Assembly (NCBI GenBank): GCA_963713045.1
Contig: CAVQKE010000003.1
Span: forward strand, 928,001-992,000
Reading direction: 5' to 3'
DNA length: 64,000 nt
From: an uncultured delta proteobacterium
GTDB lineage: Bacteria; Myxococcota; Myxococcia; Myxococcales; Myxococcaceae
A program made the translations under genes and the position numbers. The notes beneath the pieces are model-generated. The model saw nothing but the letters and a program-made list of their open reading frames with translations, ran no database searches and was not told the DNA's origin. Positions 9,382 to 21,861 of this stretch are shown piece after piece (position 1 is the stretch's first letter; every line of letters begins with the position of its first letter).

Positions 9382-9816
9382 ATGCGTGCGTTCGGCCTCG
9401 ACGTGGGAACCAAAACGGTGGGCGTCGCCCTCTCGGACCCCCTGGGCATGACCGCCCAGACCCTCAGCACGCTGCGCCGCACCGGGCTCCGCTCGGACCT
9501 CGCCGCCCTCCGCCGACTCGCCGAGGACCACCAGGTCACCCGCGCGGTGGTCGGCCTGCCACTGAACATGGATGGCACCGAGGGCGCGTCCGCAGCGCGC
9601 TCCCGCGCCTTTGGGGAAGCCTTAGCAAAGGCGCTGGACATCCCGGTGGAGTACTGGGACGAGCGGCTGTCGACGGTGGCGGCCAACCGCGCACTGCGGG
9701 AATCAACTCTCTCGCATCAGCGGCGGAAGGCAGTGGTCGACCAGGTGGCCGCAGCGTTCATCCTGCAGGGCTGGTTGGACGCGCGGCGTCCCACACCGCT
9801 CGGAGACGACGAATGA
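9382..9816 (+). CDS. ruvX: Holliday junction resolvase-like / pre-16S rRNA nuclease RuvX (YqgF)
   Basis: Motifs GLDVGTKTVGVA, VVGLP, WDERLST and VDQVAA..ILQ. Confidence 0.95.
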   Translation: MRAFGLDVGTKTVGVALSDPLGMTAQTLSTLRRTGLRSDLAALRRLAEDHQVTRAVVGLPLNMDGTEGASAARSRAFGEALAKALDIPVEYWDERLSTVAANRALRESTLSHQRRKAVVDQVAAAFILQGWLDARRPTPLGDDE

Positions 9817-10901
9817 GGCGAGTCCTCGCCGGGCTGCTGCTTGTCTTCCTCGGCCTGGCAATCGGGGCCGGCGCCGTCTGGTGGTGGCGCGAGCGACAAC
9901 TCGATGCCTTTGCCGCAACCGCCTTCGGCACCCTCGAAGCGCGTGACATCACCATTCCGCCTGGAAGTAGCCCTCGGACCGTGGCCACGCTCTTGGGACG
10001 GGCAGGCATCGTCTCGGATGCGGAGCTCTTTTACCGCTTCCTCCGACGCCGCGAACTCGGCCCGAAGCTCCGCGCCGGCGAGTACGAATTCCAGGGCTTT
10101 GCCACTCCGGAGCAGGTGGCGGAGAAGCTCGTTTCGGGCCAACAGAAAACTTACCGGGTGACGCTTCCCGAAGGATTGCGCCTGGACGAAGCGCTGGACC
10201 TGCTCACTCGCTCGGAGCTGCATCTGGATGAGGGCAAGCTGCTGGCCCTGGCCGGTGACCCGGCCTGGGTGCGTCGGCAGGGGATTCCGGCAGACCGGTT
10301 GGAGGGGTTCCTCTTCCCGGACACCTACGTTTTCACCAAGCCCTACAGCGCCGAGACGGTGCTGGCTCGGCTGGTGGCGCGCGGTCTGGAGGAAGCCAAG
10401 AAGGCCCAGTCGATGCAGGAGCCAGGGGCGCAGTTGGACTTGCTGCGACTGGTAACACTCGCCTCCATCGTCGAGAAGGAAACGGGCGCGCCCGAGGAGC
10501 GACCGCACATCGCTTGCGTCTACCACAACCGCTTACACCGGGGCATGAAGCTTCAGGCGGACCCGACCGTCCTGTACGCGATGATGCTGCTGCGCGGGCA
10601 CTTCGTGAAGAACATCACTGCACAAGACTTGCTGACGCCTCACCCTTACAACACCTACACCGAGACCGGACTTCCGCCAGGCCCCATCGCCAACCCGGGA
10701 GCCGCGGCCCTGCGCGCCACCGCCGCGCCGATGGCATGTAAAGACCTCTACTTCGTCTCGCGTAACGATGGCACGAGCGTCTTCTGCCCGACCCTGGTGT
10801 GCCATAACGCCGCGGTGAAGACCTGGCAGCAGGACTACTGGACTGCAAAGCGGAGCGTGCCTCCTCCTCCGCTGACGCCCAAGACCAGGCACGGCGACTA
10901 G
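9813..10901 (+). CDS. mltG: Endolytic transglycosylase MltG (YceG family)
   Basis: N-terminal TM helix, then LEGFLFPDTY, ASIVEKE (catalytic Glu), LQADPT and PYNTY..GLPPGPIANPG. Confidence 0.95.
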   Translation: MRRVLAGLLLVFLGLAIGAGAVWWWRERQLDAFAATAFGTLEARDITIPPGSSPRTVATLLGRAGIVSDAELFYRFLRRRELGPKLRAGEYEFQGFATPEQVAEKLVSGQQKTYRVTLPEGLRLDEALDLLTRSELHLDEGKLLALAGDPAWVRRQGIPADRLEGFLFPDTYVFTKPYSAETVLARLVARGLEEAKKAQSMQEPGAQLDLLRLVTLASIVEKETGAPEERPHIACVYHNRLHRGMKLQADPTVLYAMMLLRGHFVKNITAQDLLTPHPYNTYTETGLPPGPIANPGAAALRATAAPMACKDLYFVSRNDGTSVFCPTLVCHNAAVKTWQQDYWTAKRSVPPPPLTPKTRHGD

Positions 10902-11046
10902 TGCCTCGGGAATTTGGCCAGAGAGAATTGGGACGCAGGTGCTTCTCGGTTCAGCGGGAGCGTCCGTCCGTCCGTAGAAATTCCCGACAGACTTCAGCTT
11001 TGCGGTCCGTTCCCGCCCCGCGCTTCGCTCTCGGTTAAGGCTTCCC

Positions 11047-12207
11047 TTGCACCTCCCGGTTCGCGAGAGTCATCACACTTCTGAGCCGGCCCGAGACCCT
11101 CCCGCGACCGAGGGCTCTTCCTTCATCCTGAAGCCTGGCGCGGGCTTTCGCTATTTCCCGGAACTGGACGGCTTCCGCGGAAGTGCGGTGCTTCTGGTGG
11201 TCATCGGCCATGCCTTATTTTTTCGGCTTCACATCGGCCAACCGACGGGTCAATTCGCCATTCTCGGCGTTCTGATGTTCTTCGTGCTGAGTGGCTTCCT
11301 CATCACCGGACTTCTCTGCTCCGAAGAGGCTCGACGAAATACAATTTCACTTAGACAATTTTACCTAAGACGCGTCTTTCGAATCCTGCCGGCATTCATT
11401 TTTTATATTTTGGTGGTGATTTTGTTGGCGCGCTTTGGGCTGGTGACCGACATCTCTTGGAAGACGATCGCCGTCGCGGTTTTGTTTTTGCGAAATTTCT
11501 ATGGATCTGGCCCGACGCTTGGACACCTTTGGTCGCTGAGCCTCGAAGAGCAATTTTACTTGGTGTGGCCGATCGTTTTCAAATTTCTCGGTCCACGCCG
11601 GCTGTTTGCTCCCACCTTGGGTATCATCCTCGGAGTCGTGCTCTACCGTGGAGTCGCGATTCTGATCGCGCCTTATGAATACGGGCGAGGCATCTTTGAG
11701 CTGCGAACCGATTTTAGAATTGACTCGATTTTGGTCGGATGTGCGCTGGCCATCTTCCTCAATCGCCGGAAGGGTGGCCCCCGCGAGCAATTTGCGCCAC
11801 GCGTCCGATGGGCAACGCACCCCTTGTGGGTGATCCCCGCTTTGGCCTGGTGGACCTGCTATGGCGATGCCGAGTCACTCAGAAGCATTTTCCTGACAGT
11901 GCAAACGGCCCTCGTTTGCTGCCTTCTTTTCAACGTCATCGCATTCCAAGGCAGCGTTCTGGGTCGAATTCTGCGCGCGCCCTGGCTTCGATTCACCGGA
12001 CTGATTTCTTATTCTCTTTACCTTTGGCAGCAACCGTTCTTGGTTGTCCTTCAGCCCAGTTGGGGCGTTCTCCGTAAATTGCCGCTTTGTCTTTTCGCCT
12101 GCGGCGCCGCTGCGCTCTTTTCCTACTACGTCATTGAGCGCCCCTTCCTTAGGATGAAGCGCAGGTTTTCGACAGCGAACTACAGCACCCGCCCAATCGG
12201 TGGCTGA
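11047..12207 (+). CDS. Acyltransferase family 3 (OafA/YrhL-like) membrane O-acyltransferase
   Basis: Motifs LDGFRG.AVL.V..H, FFVLSGFLIT, RR.FRILP, HLWSL..EEQFY and ISYSLYLWQ. Start uncertain. Visibly more AT-rich than its neighbours. Confidence 0.92.
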   Translation: MHLPVRESHHTSEPARDPPATEGSSFILKPGAGFRYFPELDGFRGSAVLLVVIGHALFFRLHIGQPTGQFAILGVLMFFVLSGFLITGLLCSEEARRNTISLRQFYLRRVFRILPAFIFYILVVILLARFGLVTDISWKTIAVAVLFLRNFYGSGPTLGHLWSLSLEEQFYLVWPIVFKFLGPRRLFAPTLGIILGVVLYRGVAILIAPYEYGRGIFELRTDFRIDSILVGCALAIFLNRRKGGPREQFAPRVRWATHPLWVIPALAWWTCYGDAESLRSIFLTVQTALVCCLLFNVIAFQGSVLGRILRAPWLRFTGLISYSLYLWQQPFLVVLQPSWGVLRKLPLCLFACGAAALFSYYVIERPFLRMKRRFSTANYSTRPIGG

Positions 12208-12245
12208 CTCCAGCAGGCGTCGGTGGAGGACAGGTTGGCAGAACT

Positions 12246-14642
12246 TTGGTCACAATGCCTCGCGCTGAGGCCAGCCCAGGACTGGGAGACGGAATGCGGA
12301 TTCTTGAGCGCCGCCGCGCCCTAGGCGTGGCCGGCGCGGCGTTCCTCGCGACGGCGGTCTTCTTTCACCGAGCGCTTGTTTCGGGCGAGGCATTCCTGGC
12401 GCGTGACATGTTGCTGGTCTATTGCCCACTGCGAGCGTACTGGGCGGAGCGGCTGTTGAGCGGTTCCTTCGCCGATTGGTATCCCTACGATGGCCTCGGG
12501 CAGCCATTTACCGGAATGCTCCTCTCCGCCGCCTTTCATCCACTCAACTTTCTCTACCTGGTGTTTCCGCTGACGACGGCGCTCAACCTCAATGTCCTCC
12601 TTTGCTTCCCGAGCGCTTTGGGCGGGATGTACGCACTCACCAGGCGGTTTGGAGTTGGCCTCTCGCCGGCCGCCCTGAGCGGGGTGGTCTTCGCCTTTTC
12701 CGGCCCGCTGGTCTCCAGCACCAACAATTTGTCCTACCTCATGGCAGCGGCCACGGTGCCATGGGCCCTCTGGGCGGCGGACCTTTTCCTTGAGCGTCCC
12801 TCCTGGGGAATGGCCAGCCTGGCCGGCGGCTTCGCAGCTCTGGTCTTGCTGGCGGGCGACGTTCAAGCGTTCGCCATCACCTTGCCCCTGCTGACCCTAC
12901 TCGCCTTCTGCCGCCGCGCGCGCCCGGTCCTCGCTGTCACGCTTCTCTTTTCGGCCCTCGCAGCAGCGATGGTGCAGCTCATTCCAGCCTGGCAGGTCGC
13001 GCAGGAGTCACGGCGCAGTCTACAAACCCTCGCCCAGGCCACCCTCTGGTCCACCCACCCGCTCCGCCTCTTGGAAGCCTGGGTCGGTCCTCTCTTTGCG
13101 CGTGACCCGGACGATTCGATGGGGAGACTCATCGCGCGGCGACTTCTCGACTCTGGACAACGTACGCTGTGGATGGACTCTCTCTACTTCGGTTTGCCCG
13201 CAATCTTGCTGGCACTGCTCGGCGCTTGGGTCTACCGGCGTTCCCGCACCGGCCGCACCGTGGCGGTCTGCACTGGCGTGTTTCTTTTGTTCGCGCTGGG
13301 AAAGCGCGGCGGCCTCTCAGCGCTTGCCTACCGCTTCATCCCTTTCTGGCACGTCTTTCGGTATCCAGAAAAGTGGATGACCTTCGTCGCGCTTGGGTTG
13401 GCGCTCGGCGCCGCGGCCGGCCTTCAAGCCGTGCTGTTTCGGCCCCCCGACCGCCGCCGGTTGGGGTACCTCCTGGCCGCTTCGGGGCTGCTCGCACTGG
13501 CCTTGGGCGTTGAGGAGGCATCGCTCAGGCTTTTCGGACAATGGATGGCCGACCGCATTGGAAGTCCAAGCCCAATTGCTGAGCTGGCGCCTTACCTCTC
13601 CGGCCAGCTCGCCCGGGGAGCGACCGTCAGTGGCCTTCTGGCAATGCTGCTGTCCGCAGCCTTCCTTTGGACGCAGCGCCCGAGACTCCTCGCGTGGTCC
13701 ACCATCGGCATCTGCTTCGTCGGCCTGCTCTTGCTCAATGAGCCACAGTACCAGCTGGCCTTCTCAGACGTCCTGGCACGTCCCAGTCCCTTTCTTGCGC
13801 GCATCCGCGGCACACCATGGCGCGTGCTTCAGCTGCCCGGCTCTCATCTGAATCCTGCCACCTCCGGACTCAGTGCGGTGGACCTCCACGCGCTGGGGGC
13901 GGTGCTGGAGCTCGAGCCGGTGACGCCTGCGCTGTTTGGCGTGGAAGGGGCGAATACCTACCTCCCGGCTGGCTCGGCGCGGGTCTTCGAACTCAGCGAC
14001 GACGAGCCGGCCTGGGTCCGCGACCGAGCCAGCCTCTTCTCCACTCGCTACCTCAGTCTGGCGCAGTCGGACGTCGCTCGAGTTGTCGTCTCTGGAAAGC
14101 GTTTGGTCGAGACTCTGCCCAGCTTCGGCTACGCGCTGGTTGAGGACACCGCGGCGCTTCCGCGAGCGTACGTGGCGAGTCCCATCTGTGTGGCAAGTGC
14201 GGCGGAATCGCTGGCCGCCGTCCAAGCGCATCAGCTCTCCGCTGGACACCAAGCGGTGGTCGAATGTAGTCGCCCGCTCCCAGCTTCGACTGGACAGAGC
14301 GGCGATGTCCTCGAGCTCGAGTCCGCACCCGAGCGGGTGGCACTTCGAGTGAAGGTGGCAGCTGCCGCGGTGGTGGTCTTGAACGACGCTTTCTATTCCG
14401 GCTGGCAAGCCACAGTCGACGGTGTGGAAGTTCCCATCCTGGCTGCGAACCATGCCGCGCGCGCTGTCGCGGTCCAACCTGGTGAGCACGAGGTCATCTT
14501 CCGCTACCGCACTCCCGGACTTTGGGTCGGTCTGTGCGTCACCCTGGCGTTCTTACTGGGAGGAGCTGCGAGGTCTGGCCTTGGCCGCGCGCTCAAGCGT
14601 CTGAGGACGCCGGTGTCCGCAACCGTTAAGGCCTGGGGCTAA
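12246..14642 (+). CDS. YfhO-family (GT-C type) multi-pass membrane protein
   Basis: N-terminal RD..Y.P....WYPYDGLGQPF, many TM helices, FRYPEK, and C-terminal LNDAFYSGWQATVDG...ANHA.RAV.V.PGEH. Start uncertain. Confidence 0.85.
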   Translation: MVTMPRAEASPGLGDGMRILERRRALGVAGAAFLATAVFFHRALVSGEAFLARDMLLVYCPLRAYWAERLLSGSFADWYPYDGLGQPFTGMLLSAAFHPLNFLYLVFPLTTALNLNVLLCFPSALGGMYALTRRFGVGLSPAALSGVVFAFSGPLVSSTNNLSYLMAAATVPWALWAADLFLERPSWGMASLAGGFAALVLLAGDVQAFAITLPLLTLLAFCRRARPVLAVTLLFSALAAAMVQLIPAWQVAQESRRSLQTLAQATLWSTHPLRLLEAWVGPLFARDPDDSMGRLIARRLLDSGQRTLWMDSLYFGLPAILLALLGAWVYRRSRTGRTVAVCTGVFLLFALGKRGGLSALAYRFIPFWHVFRYPEKWMTFVALGLALGAAAGLQAVLFRPPDRRRLGYLLAASGLLALALGVEEASLRLFGQWMADRIGSPSPIAELAPYLSGQLARGATVSGLLAMLLSAAFLWTQRPRLLAWSTIGICFVGLLLLNEPQYQLAFSDVLARPSPFLARIRGTPWRVLQLPGSHLNPATSGLSAVDLHALGAVLELEPVTPALFGVEGANTYLPAGSARVFELSDDEPAWVRDRASLFSTRYLSLAQSDVARVVVSGKRLVETLPSFGYALVEDTAALPRAYVASPICVASAAESLAAVQAHQLSAGHQAVVECSRPLPASTGQSGDVLELESAPERVALRVKVAAAAVVVLNDAFYSGWQATVDGVEVPILAANHAARAVAVQPGEHEVIFRYRTPGLWVGLCVTLAFLLGGAARSGLGRALKRLRTPVSATVKAWG

Positions 14643-14664
14643 GCGTTCACTCCAGGCTCCGGCG

Positions 14665-16254
14665 TTAGCGGCGGTAAATGTGCCAGGGCCGGTCGAAGCC
14701 TTTGACCTCGCGAAACACCTGTCCGGCGAAATAGAGCGTCGGCCCCTCGACCCGCACATCGGCCTCGTGGTCCAGCCCCCCACCCTCGTACCGGACGAGG
14801 GTGTCCGGCTTGGCTGACGCCACCTGCTCCCGGAAGTTCTCCCACCGCTGACGGGCCAGGCGCTCCTCCGGTAGCCCGCTGAAGAAGCCAATCTGCAAGT
14901 CCCAGTAGTGCGGGTCGGAGTCGATGACCGCGGCGCGTCCGTTGGGCAGAACCTCCGTCTGCAGGTAGTTCGCCACCTTCATCACCTGGGGTGGATTGGT
15001 GGAGACCGGCGCGACCGGCCGGAGCGAGCTCGCCAGCCCATCATCCTTGCGGAACGAGACCGCGGTCATCGCCAGCGGCGTTACCACCGCCACGAGCACC
15101 GTTGCCACGACCCAGCTGCGCCGCGACACCGGCGACCGGCCAGCCATCGCTGCTTCAAACCCGGGAAGCAGGAAGGGAAGCACCAGCGCCACCTGGCCCA
15201 CCGTAAATCTCGCCAGCGGCACAAAGTTGAGCAGCACGGTGGCGCGAAAGGTGAAGAGGAGGACCGGCACCAGGGCTGTCCAAACCAGCCATCGGTGCTT
15301 GGGGTCGGTGCGGAAGATGTGCACCATTCCACGCATTCCAAAGTACGCCGCCAGGGGTGAGAGGGTGAGCAGCGCCACCGCCGGCCAGAAGACGAGGTTC
15401 TGCGCCCGGTAGCCAACGGAGGTCCAGCGCGCAATGCCGTCCAGCACCCACGTCTTGTGGAACGACTCGATGTACAGCATCGGTGCGAACGGGTTGCCCC
15501 GCGCCCGCTCATTCCCTTGCATCCACAGCAGCGGAAAGGGCAGTGACACCAGCGCGAAGCTGACGGCGCGCGTCGCCGCAGCAATCCGGTCGCGGTCGCC
15601 CACCAGCAGGAGCACCACCAAAAGCGGCATCAACAGCCAGTAGTCGTAGCGCACAGCGCAGGCGAGGTTGAGGACCGCCGCCGAGCCAAGCAGGGCTCCG
15701 AAGCGGTTTTCTTCGACGCCCTTGGAGAAGAGGTCCAACACCCACAACACCAGAAACAGCCCCAGTGCCTCGCTCCCGGCGGTGGTGGACATTTGGATGT
15801 GCATTCCCCACAGCGCCAGCCCGAGCACCGCCACCACGCCGGCCTGCCACCCAAAGAGGCGCCGGGTCAGGGCGTAGAGGGGAAAGACGGTGAGGACGCC
15901 GAACAGCAAGCTGACCCAGCGGCCGGCATCCTCCTTCACCAGCCCAGTGGCGAGCGCCAGCGCCACTGCGTAGAGGTGCAGCGGCCCAAATTGGTAGGCA
16001 CCATCGTCCATGCTGGCAATCCAATGCGGACGTTCCAGCCAGCGGCCGGCCAGTTCGGTCCGGACCACCGCGTCTCCATAGAGGTTCTCGCTGAACGGGA
16101 AGACGATGGCCCGTGGCAACAGGACGGCCGCGCACAACAGCGCCAAGACCAGCGAGGCCCGGGGCTCGGCGCTTTCCCGAGGCAAGGAAACCGAGCGGGA
16201 GGTGGGCAGCCCAGCGGGCGCAGGTTCAGCGGCAACCTCTGCGGGGACGGTCAT
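14665..16254 (-). CDS. Glycosyltransferase family 39 / ArnT-PMT-like membrane glycosyltransferase
   Basis: Multi-TM GT-C layout with an acidic loop after TM1 (NLYGDAVVR), plus FGPLH, SEA and VRYD. Likely ATG at 16254. Confidence 0.8.
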   Translation of the reverse strand: MTVPAEVAAEPAPAGLPTSRSVSLPRESAEPRASLVLALLCAAVLLPRAIVFPFSENLYGDAVVRTELAGRWLERPHWIASMDDGAYQFGPLHLYAVALALATGLVKEDAGRWVSLLFGVLTVFPLYALTRRLFGWQAGVVAVLGLALWGMHIQMSTTAGSEALGLFLVLWVLDLFSKGVEENRFGALLGSAAVLNLACAVRYDYWLLMPLLVVLLLVGDRDRIAAATRAVSFALVSLPFPLLWMQGNERARGNPFAPMLYIESFHKTWVLDGIARWTSVGYRAQNLVFWPAVALLTLSPLAAYFGMRGMVHIFRTDPKHRWLVWTALVPVLLFTFRATVLLNFVPLARFTVGQVALVLPFLLPGFEAAMAGRSPVSRRSWVVATVLVAVVTPLAMTAVSFRKDDGLASSLRPVAPVSTNPPQVMKVANYLQTEVLPNGRAAVIDSDPHYWDLQIGFFSGLPEERLARQRWENFREQVASAKPDTLVRYEGGGLDHEADVRVEGPTLYFAGQVFREVKGFDRPWHIYRR

Positions 16255-16520
16255 TGGGTCGTCGATGCGGGCTGGAACTAGCCCAAAGAAGGCCCACTTG
16301 GAAGCGCCCAAGTCTCCAGGGAGTGCCGGACTTCGCAGACGTGGTCCTCCCTCGGCTATACTGTCTTCGTTGCCTCTTCACCCCGTGCCGCCGCAGTGCT
16401 CTACGAGGCGTCGTCGAGCGGACATGCGTCGCGGTTTGAGCCCGCGGCGGGGTCCCGGAGGGGCCAGTAGGACTGAACTCCGGGAAATCGCCGGTCCCTG
16501 GTGGCGAGTGAGGACGTGAC

Positions 16521-18581
<2,061 letters not shown>

Positions 18582-18583
18582 GC

Positions 18584-19693
18584 GTGTCACTGAAGATTCA
18601 TCAGGACCACGGCCGTTTCAAACAAATCGTCCGGGGGAAGATTAAAGCCAACCTTCGCCGCTATGTGCAGAAGGGAGAGATGCTCGGCAAACGGGGCAAG
18701 GACACCATCTCCATTCCCATCCCGTTCATCGACATCCCCCACTTCAAGTATGGCCACCGCGAGCAGGGTGGAGTCGGCCAAGGCGATGGGGAGGTCGGCC
18801 AGCAGCTTTCACCGGGGGCGGTGCAGCCCGGCGACGGCCAGCAGGCGGGACAAGGCGAAGGTGAGCACGCCTTGGAGGTCGACGTCAGTCTCGAGGAATT
18901 GGCCACCATCCTCGGCGAAGAGCTCTCGTTGCCCAACATCGAGCGCAAAGGCAAAGAGCAGGTCGTCGCGCAGAAGATTCGGTACACCGGAGTCCACACC
19001 ACCGGGCCAGAGTCGCTCCGACATTTTAAGCGCACTTACAAGCAGGCCCTCCGCCGGCAGATTGCGCTCGGCACCTACGACGCCACTCGGCCGATCATCA
19101 TCCCCACCCGTGAGGACCGGCGCTACCGCAGCTATCGTCTGCAGCAACTCCCGGAAACCAACGCTGTCATCCTCTACATGATGGACGTCTCCGGCTCGAT
19201 GGGCGACGAGCAGAAAGAGATCGTCCGCATCGAGAGCTTTTGGCTCGATACTTGGCTACGCCATCAGTACAAGGGGCTTGAGTGTCGCTACCTCATCCAT
19301 GATGCGGTGGCCCGCGAGGTGGACCGCGACACCTTCTTCCACACCCGAGAGTCGGGCGGGACGATGATTAGCTCCGCCTACAAGCTGTGCAAGGAAATCA
19401 TCCAATCCGATTATCCAAGCGCAAGCTGGAACATCTATCCCTTCCACTTCAGTGACGGGGACAACTGGAGCGCGGACGACACGCGGCACTGCGTGGAGAT
19501 GCTCAAGGCGGACATCCTCCCCCACGTGAACCAGTTCGCCTACGGGCAGGTGGAGAGCCCCTACGGAAGCGGTCAGTTCATCAAAGATCTCCGTGAGTCC
19601 ATCGGCGAATTGGACAACGTGGCGCTCTCCGAAATCGCCGATAAGGATGCGATTTACCAGTCCATCAAAGACTTCCTTGGACGGGGGAAGTGA
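18584..19693 (+). CDS. yeaH: YeaH/YhbH (DUF444) vWA-like protein
   Basis: GVGQGDG, MIDAS-like [28 protein letters not shown] start with an AGGAG RBS. Confidence 0.93.
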   Translation: MSLKIHQDHGRFKQIVRGKIKANLRRYVQKGEMLGKRGKDTISIPIPFIDIPHFKYGHREQGGVGQGDGEVGQQLSPGAVQPGDGQQAGQGEGEHALEVDVSLEELATILGEELSLPNIERKGKEQVVAQKIRYTGVHTTGPESLRHFKRTYKQALRRQIALGTYDATRPIIIPTREDRRYRSYRLQQLPETNAVILYMMDVSGSMGDEQKEIVRIESFWLDTWLRHQYKGLECRYLIHDAVAREVDRDTFFHTRESGGTMISSAYKLCKEIIQSDYPSASWNIYPFHFSDGDNWSADDTRHCVEMLKADILPHVNQFAYGQVESPYGSGQFIKDLRESIGELDNVALSEIADKDAIYQSIKDFLGRGK

Positions 19694-19697
19694 CGCC

Positions 19698-21191
19698 ATG
19701 CCCCGGGGCCTGACGCCACAGCTGGGCGCGCTCAAGGAGACCATCGAAGGTTACGCACGCGGCTACGGGCTGGACTTCTTCGAGACAGTCTTCGAGCTGG
19801 TCACCTACGACGAGTTGAATATGGTGGCCGCTTACGGCGGCTTTCCCAACCGCTACCCGCATTGGCGCTGGGGCATGGAGTACGAGCAGCTTTCCAAGGG
19901 ATATGAGTACGGGCTGTCGAAAATTTACGAACTGGTTATCAACAACGACCCCACCTACGCATACCTCATGGAGAGCAACGCCGAGGTGGACCAAAAGCTG
20001 GTGATGGCCCACGTCTACGGCCATGCCGACTTCTTCAAGAACAACTTTTACTTCCAGCACACCAACCGCCGGATGATTGACGAGATGGCCAACCACGCCA
20101 CCCGCATCCGCCGCTGGGTCGACAAAATCGGCATCGAAAAAATTGAGGACTTCATCGACCGGGGGCTGAGCCTCGAGAACCTGATCGACTACCACTCGCC
20201 CTACATCCGCCGAAACCCGGACCCTCGCCGCGCCGAAGAAGAGGAGAAAAGCAACGAGCGGGTGGAGGGTTTCCGCGTCGGCCGCGAGTACATGCGCGGA
20301 TTCGTGAACCCGATTGAGTTCCTAGACCAGCAGCGCAGGAAGGTGGAAGAACAGAAGCAGCGTAAGAAGCAGTTCCCGGAGCGGCCGCAGCGCGACGTCC
20401 TGCTCTTTCTGCTCGAGCACGCTCCCCTCGAGCCCTGGGAATTCGACATCCTGGCCACGCTTCGTGAGGAGGCCTATTACTTCGCTCCTCAAGGTCAGAC
20501 CAAAATCATGAACGAGGGCTGGGCCAGTTACTGGCACTCGAAAATCATGACGCAGAAGGCGCTCAAGGACGACGAGGTCATCGACTACGCTGACCACCAC
20601 TCAGGCACCATGGGCACCCGTCCGGGAGCGCTCAATCCTTACAAGTTAGGCATCGAGCTGTTCCGCGACATCGAGGAGCGCTGGGACAAGGGCCGGTTCG
20701 GCAAGGAATGGGATGAGTGTGACGATCTTCGTGCGCGCCGCGCCTGGGACCGGAAGCTTGGCCTAGGCAAGGAGAAAATCTTCGAGGTGCGCAAGCACTA
20801 CAACGATGTGACGTTCATTGACACTTTTCTCACTCCCGAGTTTGCGCTGGAGCAGAAGCTTTTCGTCTACGGCTTCAACGACAAGCGCAATAGTTGGGAA
20901 ATCCTCGACCGCGAATTCCGCAAGGTGAAGAGCAAGCTCCTCAGCCAGCTGACCAACTTTGGGAACCCCATTGTCGAGGTGGTGGACGCCAACTTCGACA
21001 ACCGAGGCGAGTTGCTGCTGGCACATAAGCACGACGGCCAGGACTTGAAACAGGACTACGCTCGGGAAACGCTCAAGAACCTGGCCACGCTGTGGCGCCG
21101 GCCGGTGAATCTGGTCACCCGCGTCGAGGGCAAGGGAGTCGCCCTTCGCTTTGACGGGCAAAGCCACTCGGAGAAGAAGGTCGAGCTGTAA
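19698..21191 (+). CDS. spoVR: SpoVR/YcgB-family protein (CbgA-like)
   Basis: Motifs [40 protein letters not shown] and NPYKLG. Confidence 0.95.
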   Translation: MPRGLTPQLGALKETIEGYARGYGLDFFETVFELVTYDELNMVAAYGGFPNRYPHWRWGMEYEQLSKGYEYGLSKIYELVINNDPTYAYLMESNAEVDQKLVMAHVYGHADFFKNNFYFQHTNRRMIDEMANHATRIRRWVDKIGIEKIEDFIDRGLSLENLIDYHSPYIRRNPDPRRAEEEEKSNERVEGFRVGREYMRGFVNPIEFLDQQRRKVEEQKQRKKQFPERPQRDVLLFLLEHAPLEPWEFDILATLREEAYYFAPQGQTKIMNEGWASYWHSKIMTQKALKDDEVIDYADHHSGTMGTRPGALNPYKLGIELFRDIEERWDKGRFGKEWDECDDLRARRAWDRKLGLGKEKIFEVRKHYNDVTFIDTFLTPEFALEQKLFVYGFNDKRNSWEILDREFRKVKSKLLSQLTNFGNPIVEVVDANFDNRGELLLAHKHDGQDLKQDYARETLKNLATLWRRPVNLVTRVEGKGVALRFDGQSHSEKKVEL

Positions 21192-21198
21192 AGCCGGC

Positions 21199-21849
21199 TC
21201 AGTCCTCGGGTACCCCTCTCTGTCCGACGAAATGGTCGGACTTCTCTGCAAAGAGAATGTTGAAGCTGGTGAGGCTGCCGTAGCAGCGGGTGATGTACTG
21301 CTGCATCTCCACACGCTCGGCGTCGGTCAGTTTGGGATGGGCGTTGAGCTTCTGTTCGAGCGTTCGAAGCCGGTCCCGCACCATCACCACTTTGTGAAAT
21401 AGCGCATCAATGGGGAGCTCCTTGCCTTGGAGTTCGGCCTTGCCAGGGACCAGTTGTAGAACGCCCCCTTCCCACTTGGCCGCTAGAGGCGGCGGGTCGC
21501 GGTCACCGGCTGCTTCCCGGAAGACCTCCATCAGTTCCTCGCGCGTCATGTCGAATACCTCGGTCAAAGGCGTTTCCGGGGAGCGTCGCCTCGCCACCGA
21601 GGCGACCGGGGTCGCAGCCGTTTTTCGGCGTCCGACCCTCTCAGCTACCGCCGGCCCAGTGCCACCCCTTGGCGAAAAGGCATTGCAAATCGGCGCGGTC
21701 GGCGGAAAGAGACCGCGCTGCGGCTGAAAGCGGCAGGGACCGACCCATCCCCGCACCTCGTCCAGGGAGTAGGGAGTCCAGAGGCGGCAAGCGCCGCAGA
21801 GGTGAGCATCAGCAGCGAAGCGAGGCAGCGGAGGTGTGGCTTCCGTCAT
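21199..21849 (-). CDS. Hypothetical protein with an N-terminal Cys cluster and a conserved-looking helical C-terminal domain
   Basis: N-terminus CGAC..C..C; C-terminus IDALFHKVVMVRDRLRTLEQKLNAHPKL..QQYITRCYGSLTSFN. Fills the gap between spoVR and the HTTM gene. Confidence 0.75.
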   Translation of the reverse strand: MTEATPPLPRFAADAHLCGACRLWTPYSLDEVRGWVGPCRFQPQRGLFPPTAPICNAFSPRGGTGPAVAERVGRRKTAATPVASVARRRSPETPLTEVFDMTREELMEVFREAAGDRDPPPLAAKWEGGVLQLVPGKAELQGKELPIDALFHKVVMVRDRLRTLEQKLNAHPKLTDAERVEMQQYITRCYGSLTSFNILFAEKSDHFVGQRGVPED

Positions 21850-21861
21850 CCTCTGTGGCCC

